A DNA stretch of 64,000 nt from Nitrospinales bacterium (GTDB lineage Bacteria; Nitrospinota; Nitrospinia; Nitrospinales; VA-1), in assembly GCA_965223345.1 (NCBI GenBank), contig CBDCWG010000012.1, positions 2,976,001 to 3,040,000 of the forward strand. The letters are read 5' to 3'. The notes beneath the pieces were generated by a model. That model was not told the DNA's origin, did not search any database, and saw only the letters and a list, made by a program, of their open reading frames with translations. Of the stretch, positions 30,087 through 39,501 are shown piece by piece; the first letter of the stretch is position 1, and the number at the start of each line of letters is the position of its first letter. Both the position numbers and the translations under genes were made by a program.

Positions 30087-31061
30087 ATGCAAATTTTCTC
30101 GCAGCACAGCGCACCCAAAACCTACGCCGGGGAGCGGATTTTCCGCTATTCTGCGTTCAACAGTTTCATAGCGACGTTCGTCGCGTTTTCCCTGTTCTTC
30201 GGCTGCCTGTTTCTGGCGCTGGAGGGCGGCTACCGCGACGCCACCTGGAACCTGCCCAGCGCGATGCTCTACTTGATGGCGTTCATCTTCTTTGTGTTCT
30301 CGTTGCTCGCATTGATGAACTACCGCGCCCGCTCCCGCCCCGCAAACTGGCTGGTGAAAGCCTACCCGGACCGCATGCTGGTGAAGTTCCGCTCCTATCT
30401 GAACGACCACTACCCGGAATCGGACCCCGCGATCGTGGAGCTCGCCTATACCGAGATCGAATGGGTGCGCAAAACGCGGGAGAAACTCACGACACCGGGT
30501 TGCGGCGCGGATGAAGGCGACCGGGTGCAGTTTTTCACGTTCCTCGACTTCAAGATCAAGAACGCGGATTTGAGCGAGCTGGAGGAGGCCATCCGCATCG
30601 AGCGCAACCGGCAGCCGCACATGTCGGAAGCGGGCAAGTGGAAACGCGAGCTGTTCCGGGCGCGCAAGCGCAAAGCGCCGGATCACGAGATCGCGCAGAT
30701 CAAGGCCAACATCAAGCGGGAAAAGGAACGGCAGCCGAAACGCCGGCGCGGCGACGGCATCAAGCACCACGATTATCCGGTGCGGGTTGTGGATCCCGGC
30801 ATCGTGCGCGTGCAGTGGAACGGCATCCGCCCGAAAGTCCCTGCGGCGCTGGATTTTTTAAGCCGGCACTTTCCCGTCGAGCCGGAGTTGTCGCTGAACA
30901 CCGACACCACCCAATCCAACGGCGACGCCACGGCCGAGAATCACATCCTGGATCTGGCCAGCCGCGGCGACATCGTCGAAGCCACCCGGCTGGTGCGGCA
31001 GACCTACGGCTACACCCTGACCCGCTCGCGCGAGTACGTGGACGAACTGCTGAAAAATTGA
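30087..31061 (+). CDS. Hypothetical membrane protein with a C-terminal L7/L12-CTD-like segment
   Basis: Two TM helices; ends GDIVEATRLVRQTYGYTLTRSREYVDEL; terminator follows. Confidence 0.75.
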   Translation: MQIFSQHSAPKTYAGERIFRYSAFNSFIATFVAFSLFFGCLFLALEGGYRDATWNLPSAMLYLMAFIFFVFSLLALMNYRARSRPANWLVKAYPDRMLVKFRSYLNDHYPESDPAIVELAYTEIEWVRKTREKLTTPGCGADEGDRVQFFTFLDFKIKNADLSELEEAIRIERNRQPHMSEAGKWKRELFRARKRKAPDHEIAQIKANIKREKERQPKRRRGDGIKHHDYPVRVVDPGIVRVQWNGIRPKVPAALDFLSRHFPVEPELSLNTDTTQSNGDATAENHILDLASRGDIVEATRLVRQTYGYTLTRSREYVDELLKN

Positions 31062-31075
31062 CCGGATTTCGATGC

Positions 31076-31111
31076 AAAAAATCCCGGCCCCGAGAGGCCG
31101 GGATTTTTTTT
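31076..31111. terminator. Bidirectional Rho-independent terminator
   Basis: A run-TCCCGGCC-loop-GGCCGGGA-T run between convergent genes. Confidence 0.88.
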
Positions 31112-31130
31112 GCCTTTCAATCACGGTGCA

Positions 31131-31565
31131 TCAGCAGGCACAGCCCACCTTCTCCTGAGGATCGCAGGCTTTCTCCTCCGCATCCTCGTGCACCACGAAG
31201 GTTTCCCAGGCGTTGCCGTCCGGATCGCGCACCCAGACCTTGTCCTGCCGCGCGTAACAGCAGACGGTGTTCTCCTCCATCTCGGGTTCGAGCCCCTGCC
31301 GCCGCAGCCGGTCGGCCTGTGCCTGCACCGCTTCGGTGGAATCCACCTGCACGCCGAAATGGCTGACGCGGTTGCCGTCCACGCGGTCGGCCTCGGTGAT
31401 CGCCAGGTTGAGGGGCGGGTTTGCCACCTCGAACTTGGCGTAGCCGGGCTTGACCTTGACGGGCTGGACGTCGAAAAACGTCCGGTAAAACTGCACCGAC
31501 TGTTGAAACCTGCGGGTGTTGAGCCCCATGTGGATACGGGTTGTGGCCTGGATCGTCTGTTTCAT
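31131..31565 (-). CDS. ArsI/CadI-family VOC (glyoxalase-fold) protein, putative C-As lyase
   Basis: YAKFEVANPPLNL, SHFGVQV, CCYARQDKVWVRDPDGNAWE; AAGGAGG RBS. Confidence 0.9.
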   Translation of the reverse strand: MKQTIQATTRIHMGLNTRRFQQSVQFYRTFFDVQPVKVKPGYAKFEVANPPLNLAITEADRVDGNRVSHFGVQVDSTEAVQAQADRLRRQGLEPEMEENTVCCYARQDKVWVRDPDGNAWETFVVHEDAEEKACDPQEKVGCAC

Positions 31566-31661
31566 AACTGCCTCCTTCGTGTTAGGGATGAATGAAAAAT
31601 TAAAAACTTCACCCCAGTAGACGAAGGCCACAAGAAAAAGACGCAAAACGGTGGAGAAATT

Positions 31662-32219
31662 TCAGCAGCAGTCGCGCTTGCTCTGGTAGGAAACGATGCG
31701 GCCGCGGGCGTCGATTTCGTAGGCGCAGCATTTAAAGAACAGATCCTTGAGCATGGCCCGGCCGCGCTGCACGCGCGATTTCAGAGCGGAATAAGAAATT
31801 CCGTATTTCTCCGCCAGACGGTTCTGCGCTTCGCCGTTGAGATCGACGGCGGTCACGGCGTCGCGATATTTGTCCGGCAGTTCCTGCAAAAACGGTTCGA
31901 GACAGCGGGTCAGTTCGAGGCGGGCCGTGTTTTCTGAATCGGAGTGGTTTTCGTTTTCAGCGGCGTCCTGCCGCGAACGCGATGCAGCGGATTTGCGGTG
32001 ATGATCGGTGAGGGCGTTACGCGCGATCTGGAACAGCCAGCTTTGCAGCTTGCCGCTATCCTGCAACTGCGACAGGTTGCTGTGGACCTTGATCAAGATT
32101 TCCTGCGCCAGGTCGTCGGCGTCTTCCGGGCGCGACACGCGGGCGCGCAGAAAGCGGCGCAGCCGTTCGCCGTAGTCGTTCCAGATGGTTTCGAGAGGCA
32201 CCGGTTGCGGTTTCATCAT
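31662..32219 (-). CDS. sigZ: ECF RNA polymerase sigma factor SigZ-like
   Basis: DADDLAQE, WLFQIARN, LKSRVQRGR, and CCxYExDxRG tail. Confidence 0.88.
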   Translation of the reverse strand: MMKPQPVPLETIWNDYGERLRRFLRARVSRPEDADDLAQEILIKVHSNLSQLQDSGKLQSWLFQIARNALTDHHRKSAASRSRQDAAENENHSDSENTARLELTRCLEPFLQELPDKYRDAVTAVDLNGEAQNRLAEKYGISYSALKSRVQRGRAMLKDLFFKCCAYEIDARGRIVSYQSKRDCC

Positions 32220-32269
32220 CGCCTGTAAAAAGGACGTTTCGATTCTATTGCGTCAATCATTATACCAAT

Positions 32270-32349
32270 GTCATGCCGAGTTCTTCGATAAACTCAGGAC
32301 AGGCGCTGTCGAAGCATGACGGTGCCCCCTTCGACGAGCTCAGGGTGAG
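32270..32349. repeat. REP-like palindromic element (CTTCGAC..GCTCAGG / GTCGAAGCATGAC type)
   Basis: GTCATGC...GCATGAC terminal arms; two similar units CTTCGATAAACTCAGG and CTTCGACGAGCTCAGG; opposite-orientation GTCGAAG. Confidence 0.65.
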
Positions 32350-32379
32350 AGTTTGACGGTTTTTGTCGGGAGAGCGCGA

Positions 32380-34302
32380 CTAAAAATAGAAATTGACGGA
32401 CAGGATGCCTTCGTCGTTTTCGTCGTGGCGGTTGTATTCGAGGCGCACGTCGAGGTTCTGCGAGAGGGAGTAGCGCTGGGCGAAGGTGGCGGTGAACAGG
32501 TTCTTTTCCTCCCCGAGGAAGTAGTTTTTGTAGCCTCCGGCGACCTGCACCTTCCAGTTCTCGGTGAGATCGACATAGGCACCCGCTTCGAGCGCGCCGC
32601 CGATGCGGTAGCCGTCGTCCAGCCGGCTGGAAAAATCCGAATCGGCGTCGGCGAACGCGTAAAACAGAAACGGCGAGAAAAAGCGCGGCCGGAAGGAAAC
32701 ACCGACGCCGAAGTTGCCGCGGAAGGAATTGCACTGGTTGCATTCCAAATCGCGCAGCGAATCCACGCCGACGCTCATCCGCCAGGAGGGTTTGGGAAAC
32801 AGCGGATCGATCGGCGTCAGGGAAGTGATCGCCAGGATCGTGGCGCGGTCCACTTTCAGGCGATCGCTTTCGTTGTAATAGCGAAAATTGAAATCCAGCA
32901 CGCGGATCTCGGAATCCTTGTCGTAGCCGGTGGCGTTGGCCAGCAGGTCGTGGTAGGCGGGCCGGTAGGAAATCTCCTGAAACGGTTCGTCGTCGTTGTG
33001 CCCGACGCCGAACCGCAGCCGGTCGGTGCCGTGCCCCCAGTCAGGACGTGACGAGAAACGGATCGGCTCCTCCTCCGGGCTCTGGTGGTTGAGGCGGCTG
33101 CGCGCCAGCAGCACCGAACGGGGGATGCGGACGCTGCCGTTTTCCATCTCGTTGTCCTGCATGCCCTTGTACTGCAAATAATCCAGATAGCCATCGAGGA
33201 TGCGGGCGCGCGATTCCACCGGGCGGCTTGTGAATTCCTGCGACTCGATGAGGTCGGGATCGCGGATGATGCCACGGAACAGCGTCCGTTCTTCGCCGCT
33301 CATGCGGACGCGCTTGTGGTTCATCTTGTTGAGCACCGCGGGCCGGTAGACGACTTTTTTCACCAGCCCCTTCTGCTCGGCCAGCACCTTGACCGTGTCG
33401 GTGGGAATGACGGAAAAGAAGAACGCATCCCGCAGGTGCAGGCTGGGATCGGCGACCTCCAGCAGGGACAGGATGTGGTAGGAACAGTTCTCCTGAAAAT
33501 AGTAGTACTCGAAAAAGGTACCGCCCAGTTCCCACAGATGCAGGAGCAGCATCTCCAGTTGTTCTTCGTTGAAGTTCAGCTCGTACTCCCACAGGTCGCG
33601 GCTCTCCCAGTTGTTGTACTCCTGCACTTTCACGTAGTAGGGAAAGATCGCGAAATGCCCCTCGAACAGGCCCACCAGCCCCTTGAGCGCGTACAGCACC
33701 GCGTTGTCGGTGTCCGGCCTCGCGGCGTAGTTGGCGCCGTAGTTCAAAAGCTTCTGCTTCTCTCCCTTGCTCTTGCTGTCGATGCGCAGCAGCGTGTGGC
33801 CGAACATGGAGGCGGGATTGTTGAAAAAATGCGACGCGAACACCACCGTCACGCGGTCGGGCTCCAGCGTGGCAAGCCAGCGGTTGAGCCGGTCGCAGGG
33901 CTGCACGGCCAGCCGCGCGAGGTCGAAGTCCAGCTCCTTGCTGAGCCATTTGAACCGGGCGGCGAAATTGCACTGCGGGTGTTCTTTTTTTAAAGGGAGG
34001 TCCTTGGGGTCGGTGAAAAAACTTCGGAGCGTGGCGTGCAGTTCGGCCTGCGGGTCGGTCTTGCCCTGCGGCGCGTTGAAATAATCCATGCCGTCCGCTT
34101 CACTCTCATAACCGCCCCAGAGGGTTTTACGGTACTTGAGCAGCAGGTGCCACATGCGCGACTCGTGCAGGGATTTTTGATCGGCGCGGCGTACCAGTTC
34201 CTGCCAGTAAGGGTTTGCGGGCGGCGTCTCGGCGGAAAAACCCCGTGTGGGCAAAGCCCAGAGCAGGATCAACAGGAGGCAGGCGAAGCGGAAAGAAACC
34301 AC
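32380..34302 (-). CDS. DUF4105 (Lnb N-terminal-like) protein with C-terminal beta-barrel
   Basis: PASMFGHTLLRID, ESRDLWEY, YYFQENCSY; aromatic C-terminus. Confidence 0.88.
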   Translation of the reverse strand: MVSFRFACLLLILLWALPTRGFSAETPPANPYWQELVRRADQKSLHESRMWHLLLKYRKTLWGGYESEADGMDYFNAPQGKTDPQAELHATLRSFFTDPKDLPLKKEHPQCNFAARFKWLSKELDFDLARLAVQPCDRLNRWLATLEPDRVTVVFASHFFNNPASMFGHTLLRIDSKSKGEKQKLLNYGANYAARPDTDNAVLYALKGLVGLFEGHFAIFPYYVKVQEYNNWESRDLWEYELNFNEEQLEMLLLHLWELGGTFFEYYYFQENCSYHILSLLEVADPSLHLRDAFFFSVIPTDTVKVLAEQKGLVKKVVYRPAVLNKMNHKRVRMSGEERTLFRGIIRDPDLIESQEFTSRPVESRARILDGYLDYLQYKGMQDNEMENGSVRIPRSVLLARSRLNHQSPEEEPIRFSSRPDWGHGTDRLRFGVGHNDDEPFQEISYRPAYHDLLANATGYDKDSEIRVLDFNFRYYNESDRLKVDRATILAITSLTPIDPLFPKPSWRMSVGVDSLRDLECNQCNSFRGNFGVGVSFRPRFFSPFLFYAFADADSDFSSRLDDGYRIGGALEAGAYVDLTENWKVQVAGGYKNYFLGEEKNLFTATFAQRYSLSQNLDVRLEYNRHDENDEGILSVNFYF

Positions 34303-34316
34303 GGGAAAATGAGGGC

Positions 34317-34360
34317 AAAAAAAAATGGATACCGGTGAATCTCACCGATATCCATTTTTT
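34317..34360 (-). terminator. Terminator-like hairpin between DUF3015 and DUF4105
   Basis: A run-TGGATAcCGGTGA-ATC-TCACCGaTATCCA-T run. Confidence 0.7.
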
Positions 34361-34373
34361 AATAACATGCAGA

Positions 34374-34877
34374 TCACTGCAACACGACGTGGCAGGACTT
34401 GGACAGTTTCGGATGGTACATGAGTTCCTCTTCGAGCATGCTCAGCATTTCGCCCGAGGTCGTGTCGTCGCTTTTAACGATGACGTCGAACTTGTCCTGC
34501 ACCAGCGCGCCAAATTCGTTGTGGGAATTGGCGTTGCAGCCATACAGGCTGGCCAGCGTGACCAGGTTTTCTCCCTCACCCATCGCCATCTCTTTCACCA
34601 AGCTGGAATAATTCTGCTCGGCGAAGATCTCGCGCTCCTTACTGAGGTTGAGGAGACCGTGATCGCCACAGTTGGAGGTGCCGGAGGTGATGCCAAAGGT
34701 CTGGGAACCGAAGGTGCCGTTGGTGGTGGCGGCGAGAATCTGCTGCCCACCGGGCTTGGCTCCGAAAGCCAGGTTACCCAGCCCGCAACCGGCGGCCCCA
34801 TAGCCTGCGGCAAACACCGACATGGGAATGGACAATGCGAATGCGGCAACTGCGGTCAAAACGAGGATTTTCTTCAT
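34374..34877 (-). CDS. DUF3015-family exported protein
   Basis: GAAGCGLG, ATTNGTFGSQTFGITSGTSNC, MAMGEGE. Confidence 0.92.
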   Translation of the reverse strand: MKKILVLTAVAAFALSIPMSVFAAGYGAAGCGLGNLAFGAKPGGQQILAATTNGTFGSQTFGITSGTSNCGDHGLLNLSKEREIFAEQNYSSLVKEMAMGEGENLVTLASLYGCNANSHNEFGALVQDKFDVIVKSDDTTSGEMLSMLEEELMYHPKLSKSCHVVLQ

Positions 34878-35475
34878 AAACCTTTCTCCTTTCTCTTTTC
34901 CGGCCCCACCTTGAAGGTATCCACTTTCAAGGTAAACAATGCTCAGCCCGAAATTTTTATAATGTCTCCGCCTCTAACAATTTAACCAAACTTTAAATAA
35001 TTTTGCCTATTTTAGCAAAATTAATTGCGATAAATCAACACTTTTTCGTGCTGAAATCGAGTCTATCGGACCCGGTCGTTGAGAGCTTCAGCGTAAGGGG
35101 CAAAAGGCGGCGTTGCCGGATTCGTGCCTGCCTGCTGCCAAACGGTTCATGTCCTTGTGATTTCTGCGGAGTTTTGAAATCGACGTTGAGGATGAAACAC
35201 TCCACGCATGAGGATGGACAGATGCTCACTCTACTTTAATAAATCGGACGCTATCGGGAATTCTTGAGCCCTCCGGCAATTTATCCGCAGACCGGCGCCG
35301 GGCGCACAACGGTCGGACGGCGTCTGCGCATTGAAAACTATCCCGAAAAAGCCCGGCGACGGGTCAAAAAAAATTTCCATATCGGCATACGGAGCGGGTT
35401 GTTTGCTAGACTTTCCAAATCGCTTTACAGGGAATCTGTATTTCTGAACATCAACTTGATGGGGACTCGAAAACC

Positions 35476-36654
35476 ATGAAGACCTTCCGACGGTTCGGGC
35501 GTTTCAAGCGGGCAGCGGCAGCCCTGTCGATTCTGCTCCTGACCGCAACCCCTTCGTTCGCCAGCAACCCGGAACACGAGCTGTTCAAAGCGGCGAAAGC
35601 CTATGAGGAGGCCGACTACAAAACCGCTCTGGGCATCTATGAAACGCTGGCCAATCAGGACAACGCCAAGGCGCAGTTCAACCTCGGGATCATGTACGCC
35701 AAGGGACAGGGGGTGCCCACCGATTACGAAACCGCGGTGAAGTGGTACAAAAAAGCCGCCGAACAGGGAATCACCCGCGCGCAGAGCAACCTGGGGGTCA
35801 TGTACCTCAAGGGCCGGGGCGTGCAGAAGGATTACTCCCGGGCGCTGCAATGGTTCCAGATGGCCGCGGAACAGGGCCGTCCCGCCGCGCAGTTCAACCT
35901 GGCCTCGCTGTACGCCAACGGCCAGGGGATCTCCCCGAATTACACGGAGGCGGTGTACTGGTACGAAAAATCCGCCGAGCAGGGATTCGTCACCGCCCAG
36001 ACCACGCTGGGAACGCTGTACGCCAAGGGAGAGCTGATCTCGCGCGACTTCACGAAAGCCGCGCAGTGGCTGCAGAAGGCCGCGGCGCAGGGCGATCCCA
36101 AGGCGCAGGTGAGCCTGGGTTACCTGTACGATCGCGGTGAAGGGGTGCCGCAGAGCTTCAAGGAAGCGGTGAACTGGTACGAAAAGGCCGCCCGGCAGGG
36201 GAACGCGCTGGCGCAAAGCAATCTCGGGTCCATGTACAGCAAGGGAGACGGCGTGGTGAAGGACCCCGAAAAGGCCGCGCTCTGGTTTCTCAAGGCCGCC
36301 CGGCAAGGCGACGCGCACGCGCAGTACAACCTCGGGGTCATGCTGCAGGAAGGCAAAGGCGTCAGGCGCAATCCCGGCGAGGCGATCAAATGGTACCGCA
36401 AGGCGGCGGAACAGGGCAACGCTTCCGCCCAGTACAATCTGGGCATCCTGTACAGCCTTTCAAAAGCCGTTCCCGCGGATTACATCCAGGCGCATATGTG
36501 GTACGACCTGGCGTCGCTGAAGTTTCGGTCCAGTGAGGACCGCAGTCTGGCTGCCAAGAACCGGGATATGCTGGCGAGCAAGATGACGGCCGGCCAGATC
36601 GCCGAAGCCAAAAAATTATCCAAGGACTGGAGAGCCAGGATCAAAAAGAACTGA
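35476..36654 (+). CDS. Exported Sel1-like repeat protein (8 repeats)
   Basis: AQxNLGxMYxKGxGV..W repeats; signal peptide. Confidence 0.94.
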   Translation: MKTFRRFGRFKRAAAALSILLLTATPSFASNPEHELFKAAKAYEEADYKTALGIYETLANQDNAKAQFNLGIMYAKGQGVPTDYETAVKWYKKAAEQGITRAQSNLGVMYLKGRGVQKDYSRALQWFQMAAEQGRPAAQFNLASLYANGQGISPNYTEAVYWYEKSAEQGFVTAQTTLGTLYAKGELISRDFTKAAQWLQKAAAQGDPKAQVSLGYLYDRGEGVPQSFKEAVNWYEKAARQGNALAQSNLGSMYSKGDGVVKDPEKAALWFLKAARQGDAHAQYNLGVMLQEGKGVRRNPGEAIKWYRKAAEQGNASAQYNLGILYSLSKAVPADYIQAHMWYDLASLKFRSSEDRSLAAKNRDMLASKMTAGQIAEAKKLSKDWRARIKKN

Positions 36655-36681
36655 GACGCGATCCTCCCGTTCGCGCGCAAT

Positions 36682-36711
36682 AAAAAAACCGGGCCCGAAA
36701 GCCCGGTTTTT
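36682..36711. terminator. Bidirectional Rho-independent terminator
   Basis: A7-CCGGGC-loop-GCCCGG-T5. Confidence 0.88.
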
Positions 36712-36752
36712 CTTTACCTGCAAACAGTGAACAAGCAGGCGTTGTCGCACTG

Positions 36753-37178
36753 TCAGGGAAACGGGATATGCACGTCAACGCCGATATTCACTTCGCCTTC
36801 AACTTTCGGCTCCTTGTTCTGCCTGGGATATTTCCTGGAGTCGTGTTCCGGGTAATGCCCGGAGTGATCCCCGTGGTGCGTGTGAGAGGTGCTTTTGTAA
36901 GCGTGCTGGTTGCATTTCTTCGCCCATCCCGGAGGCACTTTCCCTTTTTTTGCCAATCCGGGAGGCAAATTGCAATCTGAAGGAGAAGATTGACTGTAGC
37001 GGATGTCATCCCGCCAATCCATTTTGTGCTGATCCTTTTCTTTGACCCATTCTTTGTATTCCTTTTTTTTCCATTTCCCCTTGCCGCCTTTGCCCCCTGC
37101 GAAAACAGGCCCCGCTATCAGGGAAACCAGAAAAACGCAACCCACAAGCCCCACACTCACTTTTTTAACCGTTGACAT
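36753..37178 (-). CDS. Exported His-rich protein with LPPGLAKK..PPG motif
   Basis: Signal peptide, AAGGAGG RBS, LPPGLAKKGKVPPGWAKK, HTHHGDHSGH. Confidence 0.75.
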   Translation of the reverse strand: MSTVKKVSVGLVGCVFLVSLIAGPVFAGGKGGKGKWKKKEYKEWVKEKDQHKMDWRDDIRYSQSSPSDCNLPPGLAKKGKVPPGWAKKCNQHAYKSTSHTHHGDHSGHYPEHDSRKYPRQNKEPKVEGEVNIGVDVHIPFP

Positions 37179-37305
37179 TGAACCCTCCTTAAATTGGTTA
37201 GAACCTCCAGAGATTCCCCTTTCCCCCAATGGTGACGCCGATCCTGAAATTCGAGTCGTCCGGCTTGCGTCTGGAATTCGTTCTCTGGAGTGAGATCAAG
37301 AATGA

Positions 37306-37321
37306 TGCAAACAGAGTGCCG
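37306..37321 (-). promoter_or_regulatory. Putative sigma54 (-24/-12) promoter
   Basis: Minus strand CGGCACT-CTGT-TTGCA with canonical GG-N10-GC spacing. Confidence 0.55.
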
Positions 37322-37514
37322 GTAGCGAGAGCTTGATTTTTCGCGAGTTAACGATCGGGAACACGCACTTTCGTTGGGATATTTACCCTTTTTCAGACAC
37401 GAAGCGTCTGCCTTGAAAGATGAGCTGTCGGAATGTTCATTTTTTCATACTACCGCGCTGCCGCAAACGCCCCCCACCGCAACGCTAACCGGCGGTTTTT
37501 CAAGGACCCGCTTT

Positions 37515-37530
37515 TGGCATAGGGCTTGCT
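37515..37530 (+). promoter_or_regulatory. Putative sigma54 (-24/-12) promoter
   Basis: TGGCATA-GGGC-TTGCT, about 80 bp upstream of the M48 gene. Confidence 0.62.
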
Positions 37531-37611
37531 CAATCTTAAGTGATCCCAAACCCATAAAATCCGGCGTTTTCATCCTTTGCGCAGCGCCGGATCGACACCG
37601 GAAACCAGACT

Positions 37612-39486
37612 GTGGACTCAAGCACCACACAGAGACGGGAGCGATTCGAATCCCTCATCGCGGAGGCGGAAGCGCACCTCAAGGCCAACCCGGACCGGTT
37701 CCGCTTGCGGCTGGCGCTGCTCACCGGACTGGGCTACGTGTATTTCTACGGGGTCCTGTTGCTGCTGCCCGCCGTGGCGGTGGGCGGCGTGGTTTTCGCA
37801 CACCAAACCGGATCCTCCCTGCTCCTGTTCGCGGCCGTGGTGCCCGCAGGCTGGCTGTGCTTTTTCACGCTGGCGATGATCCACGCGCTGTGCAGGGAAT
37901 CCGCAACGCCAGTTGGCCACCGGGTGCGCGCCAACGAATGCCCGGCGCTTTTCGATGCCATCCGGCAGATCCGCCGGCAACTGAACGCCCCGCCCTTTCA
38001 CCGGGTTCTGCTGACACAGGGATTCAACGCTTACGTGCACGAGGCTCCGCTGCTCGGCGTGTTCGGCCAATACCGCAACACCCTGGTACTCGGCCTGCCT
38101 TTGCTGCTCAGCCTTTCGCCGCAGGATTTCCGCTCGGTGCTGGCGCACGAATTCGCGCATCTGTCCAGCGATCACTGCCGGTTCGGCTCGTGGATGCGCA
38201 GGGTGCGCACCTCCTGGATCCAGACCATGGAGGTCGTCGAGATGGCGGGTTTCTTTTCCCGATGGGTGTTCGGCAGGTTTTTCGACCGCTACGATCCCAT
38301 CCTGCGCGCCAACTTTTTCGTGTACGCGCGTCTCAACGAATATCAGGCCGATGCGATGGCCGCCCGCATCACCTCGAAGCAGTCCGTCGCGCAGACACTG
38401 GCGCAGGTGCAGGTGCACGAACAGCTGGTGGAAGAGAAATACTGGGATCGCGTCACTGAGCAGTGCGATGTATCCCCGGAAGTGAACCTAAGGGTGTTCA
38501 CCGAAATGCACGCATTCATCGGCTCGCAGCCGTTCAGCGATGAGGAGCGGCAGGACTGCCTGAAACGCGAACTGGAAAAAGAGACCGATCCCGTGAACAC
38601 GCACCCGGCTCTCAAGGACCGCCTGCAACCTCTGGTCAAAGACATCGCGTTGCCGGACGCCTCGCCGCACAGCGCCGCGCAGGAGTTTCTCGGCGACGCT
38701 CTTGCTTCGATCCTCGCCGCGTTCGACCGGCAGTGGGCGGAAGAGAACGAGCCAGCCTGGAAAGAGCGCCACACCTACGTGACCGGGGGCAAAGAGGCGC
38801 TCAACAAACTGGAAGAAAAACACAGAGCGGGGGAAATGACGCCTGAAGAATTGTGGGAGCTGGCGACCTGGACCGAAGAACTGAAACCGCAGACGGATCC
38901 ATTGCCGCTTTACCGCATGGCGTGGAACCGCAACCGCGACGTGCCGGAAACGGCTTTCGCGCTGGGGCGGCTGCTGCTCGCACGAAAGGACGCTTCGGGC
39001 ATCGGGTTTCTCGACTCGGTGATGCACACGCATCCGCGGCTCGCGATCCCGGCCTGCGAGCTGGCCTGCGACTACTTCCGGTCGAAAGGCGACGCAGCCG
39101 CCGTCGAGAAATACCGGCTGCGCGCCGAGGCGTTCGTGGATCTGGAGGCGCGGGCGGAAGCGGAACGGCGCGATCTGATTGCGACCGACGAATACCTGGA
39201 ACACGGGCTGCCGCAGTCCAGCCTGACAGCCATCCAACAGCAACTGGAAAACTTCGAGACGATCCGGCACGCCTGGATCTGCCGCAAAAAAGTGGACCTG
39301 TTTCCGGAGGAGCCGATCCACGTTCTGATCCTGCAGAAAAAAGGCTGGTTCACCAGCGAGGAAACGCTGAGCGAGTCGGTGATCGAAACACTGGAAATGC
39401 CGGGCGACTACTTTCTCATTTGCAGGAACGGGGAAAAACGCTCGCTCGCCCGAAAAGCGCTGAAGACCGCGGAGAAGATTTTTTGA
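37612..39486 (+). CDS. M48-family (HtpX/Ste24-like) zinc metallopeptidase with helical C-terminal extension
   Basis: N-terminal TMs, FNA, VLAHEFAH (HExxH), EYQAD, THP. Confidence 0.9.
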   Translation: MDSSTTQRRERFESLIAEAEAHLKANPDRFRLRLALLTGLGYVYFYGVLLLLPAVAVGGVVFAHQTGSSLLLFAAVVPAGWLCFFTLAMIHALCRESATPVGHRVRANECPALFDAIRQIRRQLNAPPFHRVLLTQGFNAYVHEAPLLGVFGQYRNTLVLGLPLLLSLSPQDFRSVLAHEFAHLSSDHCRFGSWMRRVRTSWIQTMEVVEMAGFFSRWVFGRFFDRYDPILRANFFVYARLNEYQADAMAARITSKQSVAQTLAQVQVHEQLVEEKYWDRVTEQCDVSPEVNLRVFTEMHAFIGSQPFSDEERQDCLKRELEKETDPVNTHPALKDRLQPLVKDIALPDASPHSAAQEFLGDALASILAAFDRQWAEENEPAWKERHTYVTGGKEALNKLEEKHRAGEMTPEELWELATWTEELKPQTDPLPLYRMAWNRNRDVPETAFALGRLLLARKDASGIGFLDSVMHTHPRLAIPACELACDYFRSKGDAAAVEKYRLRAEAFVDLEARAEAERRDLIATDEYLEHGLPQSSLTAIQQQLENFETIRHAWICRKKVDLFPEEPIHVLILQKKGWFTSEETLSESVIETLEMPGDYFLICRNGEKRSLARKALKTAEKIF

Positions 39487-39501
39487 GGTTCACCGCGTTT
39501 C

